Source: Lytechinus pictus
Taxonomy: Eukaryota
DNA: 64,000 nucleotides
Direction of reading: 5' to 3'
NCBI RefSeq assembly: GCF_037042905.1
Contig: NC_087251.1
Coordinates: forward strand, 44,952,001 to 45,016,000
This document shows, piece by piece, positions 26,474 to 38,149 of this stretch. The notes under the pieces were generated by a model, which was not told the DNA's origin, made no database searches, and saw only the letters and a list, made by a program, of their open reading frames with translations. Within the stretch, counting starts at the first letter, position 1, and each line of letters opens with the position of its first letter. A program made the translations under genes and the position numbers.

Positions 26474-29271
26474 TAGTCCAGGATAGAAGAGGTATAACCT
26501 TGTTTTTTTATATATACAATATTTTTTGATGGTTTCTTGTCAATTCGAGGGTGCTGATTACGAATCTGAATGATGCCACTCGTGTAACCTTGAGCATTTT
26601 CCGCAAATTGGCAAAATCCAATATGGCCGCCAAAATATGCAAATTACCCATGAAAATCATAAAATTGTCCGCACATTGGCTATGAAATGCATGGAATTGT
26701 GTGGCAGGAGTGAAATACTCTCTGAAAAAATATTTTTTGACAAAATATTTATTTTCCTGATATTCAAAATGGCCGCCATAGGCCCTTGTATACTCTATTA
26801 TGTACAATATGAATAGGGAAAACTAATTTTCACAAAAATGAGCACTAAACTGCAAAAAATTGCGATGTATGAACGAAGTAATATATGCAAATCATCATTA
26901 CTAACGAGATATATCATTTATTATGTCATATATGGGAACATTGCTGCATGTATTTTGATATCTAAAATAGCCACCACTGGCCCAAACAGCATTGCGTACA
27001 ATGGCAATGGGGGCAAAAAATTCACAAGAGTGATCACTAAAATGCTTGTTATGAAGATTAAACGAGTGGAATACTGACTAAAAACATAATTGTTAACGAA
27101 ATATATTATTAATATGCCATGTTTGTGATAAATATTGTATTTTGATATTCAAAATGGCTGCCAAAGGCCATAAAAGTATTATGCACAATGAGAGAGAGGA
27201 GCAAAGAAATCACAACAGTGAGCACTAAAATGCATATATATGTGATAAATTAATGGGATACTGTCTAAAACGTATTTTCTAATGAAATATATCATTCCGG
27301 TTTCAAGTTTGTGTTAAATACTGTATTTTGAATGTCAAAATGGCCGCCATTGACATTAACTGTTTTATGTACAATGCAAAGTGGGAAACCAATATTCACA
27401 GGAGTGAGCACCATAAATGCACATATTAATAGTGATCTATGAGTAAAATATTGTCTGAAAGCATAATTTCTATTAAGATATATCATTTATTCTGCCAGTT
27501 AGGTGGTAAATACTGTTATTTTAAAGTCAAAATTGCCGCTCAGACAGGCCCATACGGTATTATGCACAATGAGAATGGGAACAAATCATTTCAACAGAAT
27601 TTGGCTTTGCTTGGCCAAATGGTGATGTATGAGTGAAATATTGTCTGAAAACACGATTTGTAACAAAATATATCATATCTTATGTAATTTATAGGTGTTG
27701 AATACTGTATTTCAACATTCAAAATGGCTGCCATATGCCCTTTTTGTGAACATTATTGTCTCCACTCAAATTATATATTTTACGATAAGGGCCTATGGTG
27801 GCCATTTTCAATTTAAGAATGCAGCATTTATCACCTTAATTACACAACATTAGGATATATGTCGTTAGAAACCATGGTTTTAGACAATAATTCACCCTTA
27901 CATCACAATTCACAATTATATGCAAATATTTAGTGTCAAGCAAAGCCAAATTCTGTCAAAATTATATGTCCCATGTTACAATGTACACAATACTTTTAGG
28001 ACCTATGGCAGCCATTTTGGATTTCAAAGTACAGCATTTATTTACTCCACGACCAATATGTGATGTATTTAGTTAGAAATCATGTTTAAGACAATATTTT
28101 TACTCGTACATCACAGTTATATGCATTTTATGATTCTCACACTTGTGAAAATTAGTTTGCCTGTTCGCATGTTACATAATTTAGTTAGGGCTTGTAGAGG
28201 TTATTTTGAATGTCAAAATACAGTATTTATCACCTATATGGCAGAACAAATGCTATAATTTATTTAAAAAATATGTTTTCAAATAACATTTTACTCATAC
28301 AACAGGATTACATATGGATGTCATAGTCAAGCAAATCCAAATTCTTACAAAATTGTATGTCCCCATTCACATTGTAGATAATACTGTTAGGGCCTATATA
28401 GGGGCCATTTTGAATTTCATAATACAGCATTTATCTCATGCATGCATGACAAAAGAAATGATATGTCTTGCTATAAAACATGTTGTCAGACAATATTTTA
28501 CTCGCAAATCGCAATTACATGCATTTATGTTTCTTACTCGTGTGAAAATTAGTTTCTCCATTCGCATTGTATATGATAAATATAGGGCATATGGCGGCCA
28601 TTTTGAATTTCAAAATACAGCATTTATCACACAAATGGCATATTAACCTGTTTTTAGTCAGTATTCCCCTCGTTTATGTTAATAATATGCATTTTAGTGC
28701 TCACTCTTGTCATTTGTTTTGCCCCAGCCATTCCATTGTACATAATACTCTTTGGACCAGTGGCGACTATTTTAGACATCAAAATACAGCAATGTTCCCA
28801 TATATGACATAATAAATGATACATCTCGTTAGTAATGATGATTTGCATATATTACCTCGTTCATACATCGCGATTTTTTGCAGTTTAGTGCTCTTTTTTT
28901 GTGAAAATTAGTTTTCCCTATTCATATTGTACATAATAGAGTATACAATGGCCTATCGCGGCCATTTTGAATATCAGGAAAATAAATATTTTGTCAAACA
29001 TTATTTTTTCAGAGAATATTTCACTCCTGCCAAACAATTTCATGCATTTCATAGCCAATGTGCGGACAATTTTATGATTTTCATGGGTAATTTGCATATT
29101 TTAGCGGCCATATTGGATTTTGCCAATTTCCGGAAAATGCTCAAGGTTACACGAGTGGCATCATCCAGATTCGTAATCAGTACCCTCGAATTGACAAGAA
29201 ACCATCAAAAAATATTGTATATATAAAAAAACAAGGTTTGGTCAATATTCTATGGGGCCTATCCTGGACTA
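26474..29271. mobile_element. Non-autonomous Academ-like DNA transposon with very long TIRs
   Basis: tta|TAGTCCAGGATAG ... CTATCCTGGACTA|tta: 3-bp TSD and TAG..CTA ends as in Academ. More than 600 bp of near-identical inverted arms, then diverged ~190-bp subrepeats; no transposase seen. Confidence 0.8.
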
Positions 29272-29274
29272 TTA

Positions 29275-29542
29275 TCAGTTACTACATACCAAGTAGGTCT
29301 TTGCGCTCATCCACTTCTGGCTTCCTTGTTATTCCAAAAGTTTCAAAAACCTGGTGGGAAAGATCATTTGCTTTTGCATGCCCCACTTTGTGGAATAGTC
29401 TTCCTGAAGACATAAAAAAATGTACCTCTGTCGAAACTTTCAAAAATCTAAAAACTTTTTTATTTAACTCTTAGCTCTTTACGCGCCTTTAGCACTCTAC
29501 AGAGTGGATTTGGCGCTTTATAAGTCACATTGTTATTATTAT
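29275..29542 (+). mobile_element. 3' end of an L2/CR1-group LINE; its 5' piece is at 26446-26473
   Basis: ISYYIPSRSLRSS...RSFAFACPTLWNSLPEDIK..S..TFK.LKTFLF is the typical L2 ORF2 C-terminus, followed by a gcgcc..ggcgc stem and (TTA)n tail. Confidence 0.85.
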
Positions 29543-30236
29543 AGGAAATTGTTGCGGGTGTAGGGGTGGACAAGATTTTTTTTTTTTTTTTTTTTTGGGG
29601 GGGGCATGTTTACTATAGGCCCATAAACTTTTTTGTTTTCAGTTTACAACATTTCGGGGGGGCAGGAGGGGCAACACTCCTGACAACACCCCCCCCCCCC
29701 CCCCCGTGCCGCCACTAGGCCTTTGTCTTCATGCTTTCATGATTTGGTATTGCTTGCGTTTCCATCGAGGTTTGCTGCCTTTTGCAGCCTACCTTGGCAT
29801 TGGTCGTGACAACACTAGTTATTGTGCGCAACTAGTTTGTGAGATATATTTATAATTTATTTAACTTGAAACACACATCACTTTTAATATTATGCTTGAT
29901 CGGAATTCGAAACAAAATCGGAGCTCAACATTCCGCCATAGAGATATTGAATTCAAATGATGGCCAAATTCGAGTAAAAGTTCACAATGAGGAACTTGCC
30001 GTTTTTATGCGTTTTTGCGAGTTCTTCGAAATATCCGGGGGAAAATCGCACGAATTTCTTTAATGCTTAGCTGATTAATATCGGAATGAACAGAGGAAAT
30101 AGTCAGTAACATGAAATGGGTCATGCATAGCACGGGGGGATGAACCCCCTTAATTTTAAGGAAGAAAAAATGAAAATGGGGAAATAGGGTCTACTAATAC
30201 TAATCAAGACCTATAAAAAAAAATAATAACCCTAAC

Positions 30237-30463
30237 CATTGGCGGCGGAAGCCAAAAAATTTAGGGGGGGGGCCACCTGAAATTTTTTGATGGACACAGG
30301 GAAAACCTAAACCTAAATTTTAGGAGGGGATCGCGAAAATTTTTGACAAGCAAAAAAAAAAAAAAAAAAAAAAAGTCATCAACCTAAATTTTAGGGGGGA
30401 CCGTCCCCCCAACCTCAAATTTAGGGGGGGGGACAGGCCCCCCCCCCGCTTCCGCCGCCTATG
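30237..30463. mobile_element. hAT-like MITE
   Basis: TIR cattggcggcggaagc / gcttccgccgcctatg; perfect 8-bp TSD accctaac. Confidence 0.85.
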
Positions 30464-31731
30464 ACCCTAACCCTCAAACTGATGCGGAACTATATTTCAG
30501 TGTCGGATCTTCCTGTTTCAACTTCAAACGCCTTGATTCTTCGCTTCAGATTGCATACCTTACGATTGGCTCTGCGACCCGATTTGAGATTAAAACGTAC
30601 ACAGTTAAAAAAAAAAAGTGTTTAAGTCCGTCACTCTAACAACAAGTTGTTTAAACTTTTTTTTACAATTGTTTAAACATTTTAAACAACTTCTTTAAAA
30701 CTTTAAACAATAGTTGTTAGAGTGATGGGCTTAAACAACATGCTTAAATTTTTAAACACTGCAGCATTTTTACACTAGTAGAATTTGATGCTAATATTGA
30801 AACATGGAATATCTTACTCTCCAAAATGATGACTAAACTTAAAGTCAAATATACGTTCACACAGCATTATGCATGCTTTGATGATTAAAGAATATTCAGC
30901 TCATTAGCATGATAGGTCTTTATGCAATTGTGGGATCATATAGTTTTGACCAGAAGCGATCCAGGATTTTCCAGGGGAGGGGAGAGGGGGGGGAGGTCTT
31001 CACTTCTGAATTATAGTGATCTTTATTTCACGTTATGACCTTATGTATGCACGAAAATTTCCAGTATTTTATTTGTTTTATGGCTCTTTAATAAAGAGTG
31101 GAGGCATATATATAGGCGGCGGAAGTGCCCCACTTGCAACTGCCAGAGGTTTTTGCTGAACTGGAAACAGGTGTTTGAGCTATAAAAACGACTTATAAAT
31201 TATATCATGGGCGTACAGATGCGGGGGGTGGGGCTTTTTCACGACCAAGAAAAAAAAAGAGAAACTGAGGAAAAAAGGGATAAGGGTAAAACATAATATT
31301 ATTTTCCAAACATTACATGTATGTCAAAATATTTCATCACAAACTTGGATTTTTGTATTAAAAATGTCAAATATTTGCTTGCTCGTTTCTTTCGCTTGCA
31401 ACCTAATAATTTTACGCGATACGTCATATCGAGCTCCCTCGAGCTCTATTCTGGACTAGCGTTCTTCAAAATAATCAGAAATTCAAGAATTCTTATGAAA
31501 GTTTGCACGACAAATACTGTTTATAGCTGCTCATAGGAAGTACAAGAAGAAATATTCAAATTTAAAATGACATATACTATATGGGCCTACTGTTTAACTT
31601 TAAAACGACTTTATTAGTTTTCATCAAAAGCTCTTCATCATACTCTAAAAATGATCGGTCATCATATTTTGCACAACAATATCACGTTAAAACGTGACTC
31701 TTCTAAGTGGCAGGCCTAATACTGTTGTCAG

Positions 31732-31959
31732 TAGGGGCGGATCCAGGATTTTCCAAAGGGGGGAGGCACATTTTCTCAAGGAAAAAATTGACAAAAAAGA
31801 AAAAGAAAAAAAAAAGTTTAACCGAAAATTAAGAAAAGGTCTTCACTTTCAAGGGGCGGGGGCACACTTCTATTTTAACGGCATTTTTACATTACAAATT
31901 TTAATTGTGCATCTCAAGGGGGGGCACGGGCCGGCTTTGCCCCCCAGGATCCGCCAGCG
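31732..31959. mobile_element. hAT-like MITE
   Basis: taggggcggatcc ... ggatccgccagcg; perfect 8-bp TSD gttgtcag. Confidence 0.8.
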
Positions 31960-33249
31960 GTTGTCAGCTAAACATGAAATATACGAAATTTTATTTGTTT
32001 GCAAGCTCAAGAAAGCAAGCCAATGCGACAGCCATGCTATACGAGTATACCGCGTAAAAGTTTTACAACCTATTCTGCTATCACCATCACACATGGGGAA
32101 AGCTAAGCTTAGTTCCATAAGTTGATCATGATATCTTGAGATTTGCATATTTAGTCTATATTTTCAATTATCTGCATTTTATTATACCGTATTGGAAACC
32201 AAAACATCATTTCTTTCTTTGCACTGACTTAGATGGAGGATACAGTTTTTATTAGCCTAACGTTAGTGTTTAGCGGGATTTTTTTTGTTCGTTTTGCCAA
32301 TTGCCGACACTATAATAATTGGCCGCGCCATATTTGAACTGTACCGTAAGCTTAGCTTAGCTTAGACCAAAAGCTTCGGTCTCTGTTAGTGTTATGTTGG
32401 TTGTTCAGCTGAACTCCCTTGGCTTCACTCACCAAATACAGAGACCGAAGTTCTAGCGCGATCTGTACAGGGGACTCAATGGCCATATGTTTATGTACTT
32501 AAGATCGGATAAAACGGGGAAGTGAATTTGCGCGACAGCCGAGGTAAGTCACTGTTTTTGTTCCTTTTAACTTGATTTTTCTCAGTTTTTTGGCAATTAA
32601 TGCCAAGAGGGAATATTAATTTGCATTTTGGTCGCGTTAATTTTCAAATTTTTTATTCATTAAAGACAAAAGTTGAAGAGCCCCGACGGGGGGATTTTGC
32701 ATTGCAAGTCCCCTAATGGTGGCTGCACGCTAGCGAGCCGTCTGTGTACGAGGAGAAAAAAAAAAAAAAAAAGTAAAAAAACTCCTCGAAACAGACGGCT
32801 GCCAGCTGTCTAAGCTTAGCTGTGCTGTGCTGTGACATTTACAAGAAGTCAAGAGATTTTTCAGGGAGCGAGGACGTGTTTTGAAAACTGTTTTCTTTCT
32901 TGCAGTACAATGGTGATTTAGAGGTGAGTGTACCTCACCACCTGATGTATTATTTTAGATACTTTTGTGCTCTTTAATGGCATATATTGAGGATAAGACT
33001 AGAGAATCAGTCATGAGACATGACATAGGAGTAACCCAGGCCCCAGGACTCGTCCGTGTATTAATACGAGGCAGACTATAGTCTATACTCTCCAAAATGG
33101 GGTATACTATAATGGGGTCGCAATCAGGGTGACCAGATTTCACAAAACGAAATACGGGACAATCTACCAAGCCGAAACAACCAGGCCAGGCACTCTTAAT
33201 TAAAAAATCAACAAAGAAGGCTACACATTGTTAGAATCGTTAAAAAAAT

Positions 33250-33940
33250 ATTAAAAAAGGAGGCAGGGTGAATGAAAGAATGAAGGAAAGAGAGAGAGAT
33301 TGAATGGAAAGAAAGAAAAAATGAAGGGGAAAGTGAAGGGAAAAATTAAAAGAAAGAAAGTTAAAAGAAGGATAAAAGAAAGAATAAAGGAAAAGGGTTT
33401 CCATCATTCTTTGAAAGAAAGAAAAAGGGAAGATGAATGTGTGAATTTATGAAAGAAAAAATAAAGGTGAGAATAGAAAAAAGGAGGAAGAAAGAAATAA
33501 GAAGGACGGAAAGAAAGATATTTCCTACATTCTTTGAAAGAAACAAATAAAGAAAGAAGAAAAATAGGAATGAAGGAAGGGAAAGAAAGATTTAGAGGGA
33601 AAAAGAAAGGATTAAAGAGAGGGAGGATGAAAAGACAAATGAAAGAAAATAAGGAGAGAAAGAATGAAAAGAAAAAGGAGAGGAAGGGAGAAGGAAGCTA
33701 AGAAAAGTTTAGGGAAAGAAAGAATGAAGAAAATGAAAAAGGAAATAAAAAAATGAAAGAGTATAAGAGCCTATAAGAAGGGAAGAAAGAAAAATCAACA
33801 GAGAGAGAAAGGATCAGGAAGGAAAGCTAGAAAAGATTGGAAATAAAGATTGATGGAACAAAAATGCAAATAGGAAGGATTTTAAGGATGAAAAAAGAAG
33901 AATAGGAAAAATGAAAAGAAAGAAAGAGAAAAAAGGTCAA
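33250..33940 (+). repeat. GA-rich low-complexity tract
   Basis: Purine-rich (GAAA/GGAA) sequence. Confidence 0.9.
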
Positions 33941-34579
33941 ACTTCAAGCAAACATAAAAAAATTCCAATCTAACAAACCAATGAAATTTTTTTTGGGGGG
34001 TTATATATTTTAAAAATTATTGTCAGAAAAAATAAATTGTTTTAGAAATGAATAAGATTTGAAAGTGAAACATTGTCAAACTTAACAAATAGATGAAACA
34101 TCGCGGCATCACACGCAGGTATCGTTTCGCACCGATCACAAGAAGACTCAAAACGAAAGTTAAAACAACTAGAGACATCACCAAATCAGTAATCTGAGAA
34201 TCCATAATATATAAAAATTTCCCGCCGATTTTGTGATAATTTTGGTGGAAAAACTGTTTATCATGCGAGATTGTTAGGGAAAAGGGAAGAAATAGTAAAG
34301 AAATTTATATCAAGTACAATCAGCTTACCACCTTTCTGAAAAATATGCTGAAAATATGCTGGAAAGTAGCAAATTTTGATGACAAACAGATCAGGACCCA
34401 GGTTCTACTTCGATCGCCGTCGGCTACAGCTGAGCGTACGGACGTGCCAGCAGATTGGCTGGCACATTCGTACGCGCAGCTGTAGTTGTTGTACAAAACT
34501 AAAAAATTTCAGTATTTACAATGTTATCAACCCAAACATCTTTGTTTATTTCTCCAGCTACCCAGCCCTTCTGCTTTCC

Positions 34580-36280
34580 CACCACCAATGGTTATTATGC
34601 AGAGATGGGGAATCTTCACCACCACCAATGGTAGCTCCGGCTCCTGGTTATTATGCAGAGATGGGGAATCTTCACCACCACCAATGGTAGCTCCGGCTCC
34701 TGATTATTATGCAGAGATGGGGAATCTTCACCACCACCAATGGTAGCTCTGGCTCCTGGTTATTATGCAAAGATGGGGAATCTTCACTACCAATGGTAGC
34801 TCCGGCTCCTGGGGTGGTATTCTGAGATTCATTTTATCTCAGATAAAATAAAATATTTTATCTCCGTTAAAATCAGTAAGATAAAATACCCTTAAAATCT
34901 CTCCGAATTGGTATTCTGAGAACAATTTTATCTTCATTTTATCTTTGCAAGACACACCTATTTTTTAATCGATATCCAATTAGAAATGCGCTTTTATAGC
35001 TCTCTCATATCACTCAACCAATGGAAATCCATTCCGCGAGGAGGTGTGGCGAAGGAGTGAGATTGCGTCAATTTATTGACTTCAATACGCTTGCACTATA
35101 CGCTTGCGCGTCTTTACAGAGATTTCTTTTTAACAAAAATGGCAATACTCTCATCTTTTTTTCGAAGTCTATATCGCATTTTTTCAAGCTTCATTTCAAA
35201 GACAATATTAGTCAAGAAAAGTCTTATGAAATGATTCCTGATTTTGTACAGGAATAACTTTAAGGTGTTGTTCTCAATGAATATATAATTTTTCTTAATT
35301 TTCATGCCAACATTTGGAGTTAATTCACCTAGAAATTTTGACGAAATCAACGTCGCGGAGATAAAATAGCCCCTACCCTCTTTTAAGTTTATTTCATTTT
35401 TTCTTCAAAGTAACTTGGGCGCAAGCACATCACCCGCGTTGCAATGGCCAGATACGCGATGTGTATGTCTACGCAGCCACTGCTCTGTTGCGTATCATCA
35501 TATATACGCAAGATAAAATTTATACGCAAGATAAAATTTTCAATTTTATCTGAGAGATAAAATGTCATCTCAGAATACCAATTTCATTTTAAGAGATAAA
35601 ATAAAATATTTTAAAGATAAAATGACCTCAGAATACCGCCCCTGGTTATTATGCAGAGATAGAGAATCATCACCACCACCAATGGTAGCTCCGGCTCCTG
35701 GTTATTATGCAGAGATGGGGAATCTTCACTACCAATGGTAGCTCTGGCTCCTGGTTATTATGCAGAGATGGGGAATCTTCACCACCACCAATGGTAGCTC
35801 TGGCTCCTGGTTATTATGCAAAGATGGGGAATCTTCACTACCAATGGTAGCTCTGGCTCCTGGTTATTATGCAGAGATGGAAAATCTTCACCACCACCAA
35901 TGGTAGCTCCGGCTCCTGGTCATTATGCAGAGATGGAAAATCTTCACCACCACCAATGGTAGCTCCGGCTCCTGGTTATTATGCAGAGATGGGAATCTTC
36001 ACTACCAATGGTAACTCTGGCTCCTGGTTATTATGCAAAGATGGGAATCTTCACTACCAATGGTAGCTCTGGCTCCTGGTTATTATGCAGAGATGGGGGA
36101 ATCTTCACCACCACCAATGGTAACTCGGGCTCCTGGTTATTATACAGTGACGGAGAATATTCACCACCACCACCAATGGTAGCTCTGGCTCCTGGTTATT
36201 ATGCAGAAATGGGAATCTACGCTACCACCAACGTTAGCTCCGGCTCCTGGTTTTTATGCAGAGATGGAGAATCTCCAGAA
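34580..36280 (+). repeat. ~16-copy 52-59-bp minisatellite derived from a coding exon, split by a MITE
   Basis: Unit ccaccaccaatggtagctccggctcctggttattatgcagagatggggaatcttca (56 bp), with length variants. Confidence 0.9.
34812..35641. mobile_element. PIF/Harbinger-type MITE (830 bp) inserted in the minisatellite
   Basis: ctg|gggtggtattctgag ... ctcagaataccgccc|ctg. Removal restores the repeat unit. Related ends at ~36900-37000 and 58603-58860. Confidence 0.85.
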
Positions 36281-37650
36281 GTAGAGAGATGATGCTATAG
36301 AAGAGGCAGAGAAACTGCAGGTTGGTCAAGACCTTTTAATAATAATAATTACTTATATGGTGCTTATAAGGCCCAAAGCGCTTACAATGAAAATAATTAA
36401 AATGAAACATTATATAGGGCATATGGTGAAGGGCAAAGGTCATTAGGGTCAATGAACTGTGATCATTGTGGGGGTATCAACATTGAAATCTTTAACAATC
36501 AAGGTTAGGTTTTTGAAATGTGATCATAACTTTAAGATTATGTCAACCTTTTTTATTCAACTTCAACATTAGGGTAATCACTGATCACTTTGCATGAATT
36601 TCAGGTCACATGATCAAGGTCAAAGGTCATTTAGGGTCAATGAACTTAGTGTTTAATCATCATATGAATAGTGTTTTTTGTGAATGATTATTGAGTCAGC
36701 CCTGCTGCTACATTGAATCATGTACATGTAATGCAGGCGAGACTGCCAGAAGCATCCCACTTGTTCAAATTCACTGCTGATGATTTAAATTTGATCTAAA
36801 ATAACGTTTCTGCAACGAGCTCAGACTGCTATCCACAAGAGTAAATCCCTGACATTGAGAAATCATGTGGCAGAATTCTTACAGATCTAGATAAAGACAA
36901 TTTTCAGAATACCAATTTGAGATATTTCAGCGAGATGTTATCTAGCTGAGTGACAAGAGTAGTTCAGAGAAAAGCTAAGACAATTTTCAGAATACCACCC
37001 CAGCACTGCCGCTATACTAAATTATATGACACCTAGATAGATCCTTGTCATTTGATGCCGATCATTCAGCCCACTTCTGATGTCATCATCTGTGCACTCT
37101 TGGATCCATTCATCATTCAATTTTGGATCCATACGATTTGTCCATTTTTGTCCAGGCACCATAAGAAAAACACTTGTGTTTGCAGCGTGCATGTTGTACA
37201 TGTATGTACGCGACAATGAACAGACCGAGCTCGCACTGCATGATGATCATAGTTTGCATCAAAATTCATGAATTTCAAATGACAAGGATCTATTTTAGGT
37301 TCCATATAAACCAAATAATGAATGTTCTTCATTTGTGCGATGGACATAGTTCTTCATTTAGTAAAAGGTGAAATGAATGATCCATTCAACTCGGCTATTA
37401 AGCCTCGCTGAATGGATCATTTCATCTTTCACCTCATGAAGTATTCTGTCCATTGCACTCATAAACATTAATTTTTGTATGTTGTATAATGCAGGCGAGA
37501 CTGGCAGAGGCTGTCCCTTTTTTCAATGTTGAGATATATCATACGATTAAACTCAGAAAAAAAAATGTTTATCATTATAAAAAAAATAAAATCCAGGCAC
37601 CTTTGCTCTGTTGATATCTTAAAACTATGGTACAATTTTTTTATTTACAG

Positions 37651-37754
37651 GTTTGATAGATACGGGTCTAGGATGAGCTGGTAGCTATCAACAATCAACC
37701 ATTAATAGGTATGACCTTGAAAGAAACCCAGGCTGTTCCAAGAATCAGTATAAA
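37651..37754 (+). pseudogene. Frameshifted PDZ-domain exon, probably from the STXBP4-like gene
   Basis: tttacAG acceptor and GTAAGT donor. Deleting 4 bp (ctag, 37668-37671) gives GLIDTGDELVAINNQPLIGMTLKETQ, the PDZ GD.I..VNG..L.G.T..E signature. Confidence 0.7.
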
Positions 37755-38149
37755 GTAAGTGCAGTGTTGATATTACTTATTCAAATATAAATCAGTATTG
37801 GCTAGTTCCCTGTAAACACTGATGGATAATGATTGGATCATTGTTTACACAGACCATCGTCTCCAAGAAGTTTAACGACCTTTGCACTTCTTCCTCAAGA
37901 ATGAAGTTTTGGTCAATGTTATTGATATAATCGGTGAATTTTTGTTTATATGGTCACAATCAATGATTACAAATGTGTCGTCCACATATCTCCACCAAAT
38001 CTGATGGGGTGTGTTGCTTTCATGAACCTGTTATAGGTTATAGGAATAAAGAAGTGAATGAAGTCGTTTCTTGAAAATTCCAGAAGATTGGCTAAAATTC
38101 CCAATAGTCCCACAAAATTCCTGTTTATTTCCATGGAAAGTTTCCACCA

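Larger units (their letters stand above)
26387..29717. mobile_element. hAT-like MITE hosting nested L2 and Academ insertions
   Basis: Ends cagtggtggcac / gtgccgccacta with similar 8-bp flanks ggctttgg / ggcctttg. Confidence 0.55.

Noticed and set aside
26508..29226. Twin 99-aa ORFs on opposite strands
   Set aside because: They are the two arms of the Academ-like TIR and show no recognisable protein motif.
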